Below, piece after piece: positions 27,595-32,000 of a stretch of DNA of 32,000 nucleotides; position 1 is the stretch's first letter; the number at the start of each line of letters is the position of its first letter. Source of the DNA: an uncultured archaeon (GTDB lineage: Archaea; Asgardarchaeota; Thorarchaeia; Thorarchaeales; Thorarchaeaceae); assembly GCA_964648855.1 (NCBI GenBank), contig CAZYLT010000014.1, positions 2,400 to 34,399 of the forward strand, in the 5' to 3' direction. A program made the position numbers and the translations under genes. Under the pieces are notes generated by a model, which was not told the DNA's origin, searched no databases, and was given only the letters and a program-made list of their open reading frames with translations.

Positions 27595-28787
27595 ATATCA
27601 GCGACTACAAGGACATGATTTACGCCTGTGGTAGATGTGAGTTTTGTCGTGGATATGATTTCGACGAGCGATGTCCCGAAATCTACACTCAAACTTGGGA
27701 ATCATCAACTGCTAGAGGGAGGATGGCAATAGCCAGAGCCATACTAGAGGGTAAATTGGACTACACTGAAGACCTTGCTGAGCGAATATTTGGCTGCTTT
27801 ATGTGTGGTAGATGCAAATACGAGTGCAAGAAGGCCGCCCAGATAGACATCATCGCAGTGACGAAGGCCATGAGGAAGGACTTTGTTGAACAGGGAGTCG
27901 CTATTCCTGAAGGCGGCGAAAATATGGCTGATACTGCTCAAGAAACAGGGAACATCTTTGCGGACACACCAACTGTACATACCCAATGGGCGGAAGGACT
28001 TGAGTTCACCGAAGGTTCAGGAACCCTCTTTTATCCTGGCTGCTTAGCCAGTCACCGCTTTAAGGAAAAGACCAACATCCTTGTCCGTGTGCTCCAAGAG
28101 GCGGGCTATGAGCTTGACTTTCTTGGCGAAGACCAGCGATGTTGTGGCACACCGTACTGGATAACTGGGAAGATGGAGCACGCAAAAGAATGGGCAGAGG
28201 ATTACCTGAACAATCTACAGGAACGTGGTGTTGAAACAATCATTACTCCGTGCCCCAGTTGCTTCCGAGCATTCGATGAGATCTATCCAGAATTGTTGGG
28301 AATGGATGAGTTTCCAATAAAAGTTCGTCACACAAGCGAGGTTCTGGCAGAGATTGTGAGAGAAGGCAAACTGGACCTGAAGAAACCAGTCGATGTTGTC
28401 GTTACCTATCACGACCCCTGCGAGATTGGACGTTATCGAGATATCTATGAACCCCCCCGGGAAGTCATTGAGGCAATCCCCGGTGTTGATTTCCGTGAGA
28501 TGCCGCGCAATAGAGAACAGGCATTTTGTTGTGGCGGTGGCGGCGGAGTCAAGATAATGTATGAGGATAACTCGCAGATGGCTGCTAGAAGACGTTTAGA
28601 AGATATCGAAACCACAGAGGCTACGATTATTGCGACAGTCTGTCCAGCATGTGAGATGAATCTCACCCATGCAGTGTACGAGGCAGATGCTGAGATGCGG
28701 GTGCTTGACATTGCTGAACTCATGGCTGTATCAGCCGGAATCGTTGATGAGGAGATTCTGGATCCCTACTACATTCCTGAGGATTGA
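27591..28787 (+). CDS. Fe-S oxidoreductase, GlcF/HdrD-like (two [4Fe-4S] motifs + two CCG domains)
   Basis: CGRCEFC...CP, CFMCGRCKYEC, YPGC, CCG, CPSC, HDPC, CCGGGGG, CPAC. ATGA overlap with the upstream gene. Confidence 0.92.
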   Translation: MNISDYKDMIYACGRCEFCRGYDFDERCPEIYTQTWESSTARGRMAIARAILEGKLDYTEDLAERIFGCFMCGRCKYECKKAAQIDIIAVTKAMRKDFVEQGVAIPEGGENMADTAQETGNIFADTPTVHTQWAEGLEFTEGSGTLFYPGCLASHRFKEKTNILVRVLQEAGYELDFLGEDQRCCGTPYWITGKMEHAKEWAEDYLNNLQERGVETIITPCPSCFRAFDEIYPELLGMDEFPIKVRHTSEVLAEIVREGKLDLKKPVDVVVTYHDPCEIGRYRDIYEPPREVIEAIPGVDFREMPRNREQAFCCGGGGGVKIMYEDNSQMAARRRLEDIETTEATIIATVCPACEMNLTHAVYEADAEMRVLDIAELMAVSAGIVDEEILDPYYIPED

Positions 28788-28843
28788 CCGGGAGTCCCAG
28801 ACCTCACTCATAAGCTTGAATTAAGAAAGGAGTCGAATGTGCT

Positions 28844-29140
28844 TTAAAATGAGCCGCCAACAGCAGCTATCATGAAGACAATCATATCGCCATCACGAAG
28901 ATTTGTGTGAAGTCCATTATGTGCCACAATGTTACTACCATTTACGATAACGATGGCATCACGCCTCAGGGTTTGATTCTCATGGTCTTCCAAGAACACT
29001 TCAAATCTCGGGCCATAAGCCTGATGAAGCTGGTCTACCAATGTGCCCACTGTCGCATTCTCACTTATTTGAACGGGGAATTTGTCGTGCTCCTCTGATT
29101 TTAGACCACGATTCATGAGTTTCACATAGACCTGGCTCAT
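28844..29140 (-). CDS. MoaD/ThiS/SAMP-like ubiquitin-fold protein ending GG-SF
   Basis: ATVGTLVDQL...AIVIVNG...LRDGDMIVFMIAAVGGSF. Confidence 0.85.
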   Translation of the reverse strand: MSQVYVKLMNRGLKSEEHDKFPVQISENATVGTLVDQLHQAYGPRFEVFLEDHENQTLRRDAIVIVNGSNIVAHNGLHTNLRDGDMIVFMIAAVGGSF

Positions 29141-29338
29141 ACCTTGCACCTTTCAAGTATATTACACGCTTAAGATAATATTAAAGTGACGATAAAGCAC
29201 CAAATTTAGAATTTTGCAAGACTTTACTATAATTAATGTCGTCTGGAAAAGCTTTTTACCTGTACTAAAGCCTGCAAAGGTACACTCAAGTGGCATCAAA
29301 TCTTAGATGGGCAATGAAAGAACAGGTGGCATCCCGAA

Positions 29339-30121
29339 TTGACAGAGAACAATGGAAGAACTACTCTACGAAAATGGCTAGCCCAACATGCAAAGGAAGA
29401 GCCGATACACTATCGGAACATTGCAGACGCTCTAGACCGTACACCAGAGTCAGTTTCAGCGTCCCTGTCTATAGAAAAGAAGCAAGCTGAACAGGATGAA
29501 CGACCGCCTTATTTTGTTCGTGTTGCTCCAGGTCTCTACAGATATAACGAGGTCTGTGAGGGTGCCATTGATGAGGACAAGATCAGTGAGGTTCGCGAAC
29601 GGGCAAATCAATTCAATCTTCGGGCACGGGAACAACTGTCCTATGCCATTGCTGAGCTCGATCTTGAGGCATTCGAAAATCTCACAAAAGTGTTGCTGAC
29701 CAATATACGGGCTCACACTGAACCCAAATCAGACGGTGGATTCCTTCAGGTGCATGAGCGACGGAATGGCACCACGGTCATCATGACTAGTGCATGGTGG
29801 GACGATCGTGGAAAAGCCCCTGTTGTATATTATGCTAGGAAGTGCGACCTGGATGAAGAGATTGGCAAAGAGACTATTCTTGAGATCAGAGGGGACCTTC
29901 CTACCTATGGAGCCAATCAGGGTGTGCTCCTATCCAACGGGATCTGCAATGAGGAGGCTCGAAGAGTTGCTGTACAAGAAAACCGGTCGGTGCCCCCAAT
30001 CCATATCATGGATAGGGACATTATTCTCAATATCCTGTTTGAGAGCAGAACAGGCATTCGAGAGGTCCCGGTGAATGTGTACCTCATCGACAAGGAGTTC
30101 TTCGACAATATCTCCAGCTGA
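29339..30121 (+). CDS. HARE-HTH-like domain + Mrr-like restriction endonuclease-fold domain (catalytic motif degenerate)
   Basis: TPESVSASLS...FVRVAPGLY; AFENLTKVLL, SDGG, IGKETILEIRG, QGVLLSNG, PIHIMD, IDKEFF. Confidence 0.72.
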   Translation: MTENNGRTTLRKWLAQHAKEEPIHYRNIADALDRTPESVSASLSIEKKQAEQDERPPYFVRVAPGLYRYNEVCEGAIDEDKISEVRERANQFNLRAREQLSYAIAELDLEAFENLTKVLLTNIRAHTEPKSDGGFLQVHERRNGTTVIMTSAWWDDRGKAPVVYYARKCDLDEEIGKETILEIRGDLPTYGANQGVLLSNGICNEEARRVAVQENRSVPPIHIMDRDIILNILFESRTGIREVPVNVYLIDKEFFDNISS

Positions 30122-30276
30122 ACCCGCAGCTCTACATACGTCGTAGCTATCTTCGACAGTATCCTCATTCCAGCAGTAGAATTTCTATAACATCGTTTAA
30201 AATTCCGAAATCAGCCTTGTTTATTCTCTCCTTAAGTTTTTATACTGGTATTGCCTTGTTCAATGTATCACGGAGA

Positions 30277-30289
30277 GCGAATGATTCGC
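30277..30289. promoter_or_regulatory. Palindrome GCGAAT-G-ATTCGC downstream of a TATA-like TTTTTATA, upstream of the APC permease
   Basis: Perfect 6-bp arms; TATA-like element at about 30237-30244. Confidence 0.35.
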
Positions 30290-30330
30290 AAACGTGAGAG
30301 AGAAAAAAATAGAACGGAGATTTCCGAAAA

Positions 30331-31881
30331 ATGGAAGACGAAGACCAACTCTTATTCGTGCGAGAGAGCAGTGGTCTAGTAAAAGAAGTAGGGCCTTGGT
30401 TTGCTTTGCTATTACCAATAGCACTGACAGTCGGTCCATACTTCCACTTCGTAGCCCCGCAAGTTTCAACCTGGTATCCAGGTGCACTACTTGTCCCAAC
30501 CTTCGCTTTAGGTACATTTGCAATCCTATTCGAGGGCATTGGTACGATGGTGCTAATGCTTGCGATGCCTCGAAGCGGTGCTAGCTACCACTTTGTCGGA
30601 CGAGGCTTGAGCCCAATCTTTGGGGTCATGGAAGGGTGGAGATCGGTCATAACAAACCCAGTATTTCGCGGGTCAGCCAGCTTCTTCTCAGCGAAGGTGA
30701 CTGGCGGTGGTTTTGTGGCAATTGGAATTATTGCTGACAACCCCACGATACTGGCTATAGGTCAAGCTCTGAGTGACTCAGACATGCTTGACCTAGTGAT
30801 ACTAGCTCTGATTTTGACATTCATAGGTTTCATATTTAGCTATCTGAGTGTTAAGATACTGGGTTACTTCACGATAGTACTTGGCGTTGTTGTGATTGGC
30901 CTACTACTAATATCGGATATTATTCTTATCGCGAATCCGATTACCCAAACCTCGTGGGATGCACTCTTTGCTGGCACAGGTTATGAATTAGCTGACCTGC
31001 AAGCAAACTCGTGGATCACAGACATCACCCAGTATACGACGTTGAACATTGCAGCCTTGGCAGGGGCTATGGTCCTGGCAGTGGGCATCATGTGGCCCTA
31101 CCTGATCATGCCCGTTGCAGGCGAGGTTTCACAGCCAAGCCGAAACATTCCCCTAAGCTGCATGGGTGGCGTTATTGGCATCGGTGCCCTCTTCATGCTC
31201 TCAGCCTACGCGGTTGAGGTAGGCATGGGTGAGATTCTCTACTGGAACAACAGTGGTGGCGGTGTATTCCCCGGATTTGGCAACTTTGCTGCGATTGCGC
31301 TTGGGCCTAACTATTGGTGGCTCGGTGCAGTTCTGGTACTACAACCAATCTTGGCAAATACCCTTGACGGACCAAGCAATGCCCTGTGGGTTACAAGACC
31401 CTTCCACGCAATGGCGATGGACAGGATGTGCCCCGAGGCGATGGCTCAGATCCATCCGAAGTATCACGTTCCACACAACAGCCTCTACTATTGGCTCATA
31501 GTGCAGATTGTCATCATTGGCATGTCAGTCTTCTACGATGTGTCAGTTGCAATCGGTGTCGCGTTTACATACGTGTTCATCCGCTGGCAATTCACACTGG
31601 CAGAGGTATCACTACCGTACTACCGGCCAACGTTGTGGGAGCGGTCTGGTGCTTGGACCATAGGCGGGATTCCGCTAGTATCAATAGCGGGTCTTATCAG
31701 TGGTGCTATATTCTTCTACTCCTTAGTGAGCTTTGTACCGACTTCAGGTGTCGTATACGAGACCCTGTTCACGGTTGGAGTTTACTTCTGGGGTCAGATG
31801 ATGTACATCTACTACGGTCACAAGAACAAGGCCAAGGGCGTCGACATGGGCGCTATCTTCGGACAACTACCCCCCGAGTAG
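30331..31881 (+). CDS. APC family amino acid/polyamine permease
   Basis: FVRESSGLVKE, AMPRSGASY, AGEV, RPFHAMAMDR...HPKYHVP; about 12 TM helices. Confidence 0.9.
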   Translation: MEDEDQLLFVRESSGLVKEVGPWFALLLPIALTVGPYFHFVAPQVSTWYPGALLVPTFALGTFAILFEGIGTMVLMLAMPRSGASYHFVGRGLSPIFGVMEGWRSVITNPVFRGSASFFSAKVTGGGFVAIGIIADNPTILAIGQALSDSDMLDLVILALILTFIGFIFSYLSVKILGYFTIVLGVVVIGLLLISDIILIANPITQTSWDALFAGTGYELADLQANSWITDITQYTTLNIAALAGAMVLAVGIMWPYLIMPVAGEVSQPSRNIPLSCMGGVIGIGALFMLSAYAVEVGMGEILYWNNSGGGVFPGFGNFAAIALGPNYWWLGAVLVLQPILANTLDGPSNALWVTRPFHAMAMDRMCPEAMAQIHPKYHVPHNSLYYWLIVQIVIIGMSVFYDVSVAIGVAFTYVFIRWQFTLAEVSLPYYRPTLWERSGAWTIGGIPLVSIAGLISGAIFFYSLVSFVPTSGVVYETLFTVGVYFWGQMMYIYYGHKNKAKGVDMGAIFGQLPPE

Positions 31882-31891
31882 ACTTAGTACA

Positions 31892-31928
31892 GAGAGAGCT
31901 CAGCTCTCTCCCCCTCTCTTTATTTTTT
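31892..31928 (+). terminator. Putative terminator after APC permease
   Basis: GAGAGAGCT-C-AGCTCTCTC inverted repeat followed by a CT tract and TTTATTTTTT. Confidence 0.6.
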
Positions 31929-32000
31929 CATATCCTGCTTCATTGAGCGTGGTATTTTATTGGAAAGGAGCTATTATGCTACAGTCCAATCTTTTTCGCA

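Noticed and set aside
1-32000. CRISPR array, tRNA/rRNA, transposase or integrase
   Set aside because: Intergenic gaps are short (about 220 bp or less), with no spaced repeats, cloverleafs or recombinase motifs seen.

Overview
Gene-dense archaeal window with about 33 CDS and no rRNA, tRNA, CRISPR array or mobile element that I can see. GGTGA/GAGGTG ribosome-binding sites, TTG starts and gene content suggest an anaerobic archaeon, possibly Asgard/Thorarchaeia-like (inference only). The left half is mixed accessory metabolism: a histidine kinase with a C-terminal CxxC thioredoxin/KaiB-like domain, an F420-dependent LLM oxidoreductase, DsrE and TusA sulfur carriers, CooC, an Eis-type GNAT, a TlpA-like redoxin split by an in-frame TGA, an ECF S-component, adenine deaminase, two tandem membrane proteins sharing a Zn-ribbon + B-box module, a DMT transporter and thioredoxin. 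The right half (about 14.4-28.8 kb) looks like a catabolic island: corrinoid protein, MtaA-like methyltransferase and RamA/RACo activator; then aminotransferase, diol-dehydratase-like glycyl radical enzyme (GRE), KDG kinase and KDPG aldolase on one strand; then an ATC-hydrolase-like protein, RraA/HMG aldolase, a second UroD-family protein, dodecin and a GlcD/GlcF-like pair. The best candidate for an undescribed system is a GRE occupying the missing dehydratase slot of an Entner-Doudoroff-type route, possibly coupled to corrinoid methyl transfer. The window ends with a ubiquitin-like protein whose GG is capped by Ser-Phe, a HARE-HTH/degenerate Mrr protein and an APC permease. All family calls come from motif recognition, not database searches.
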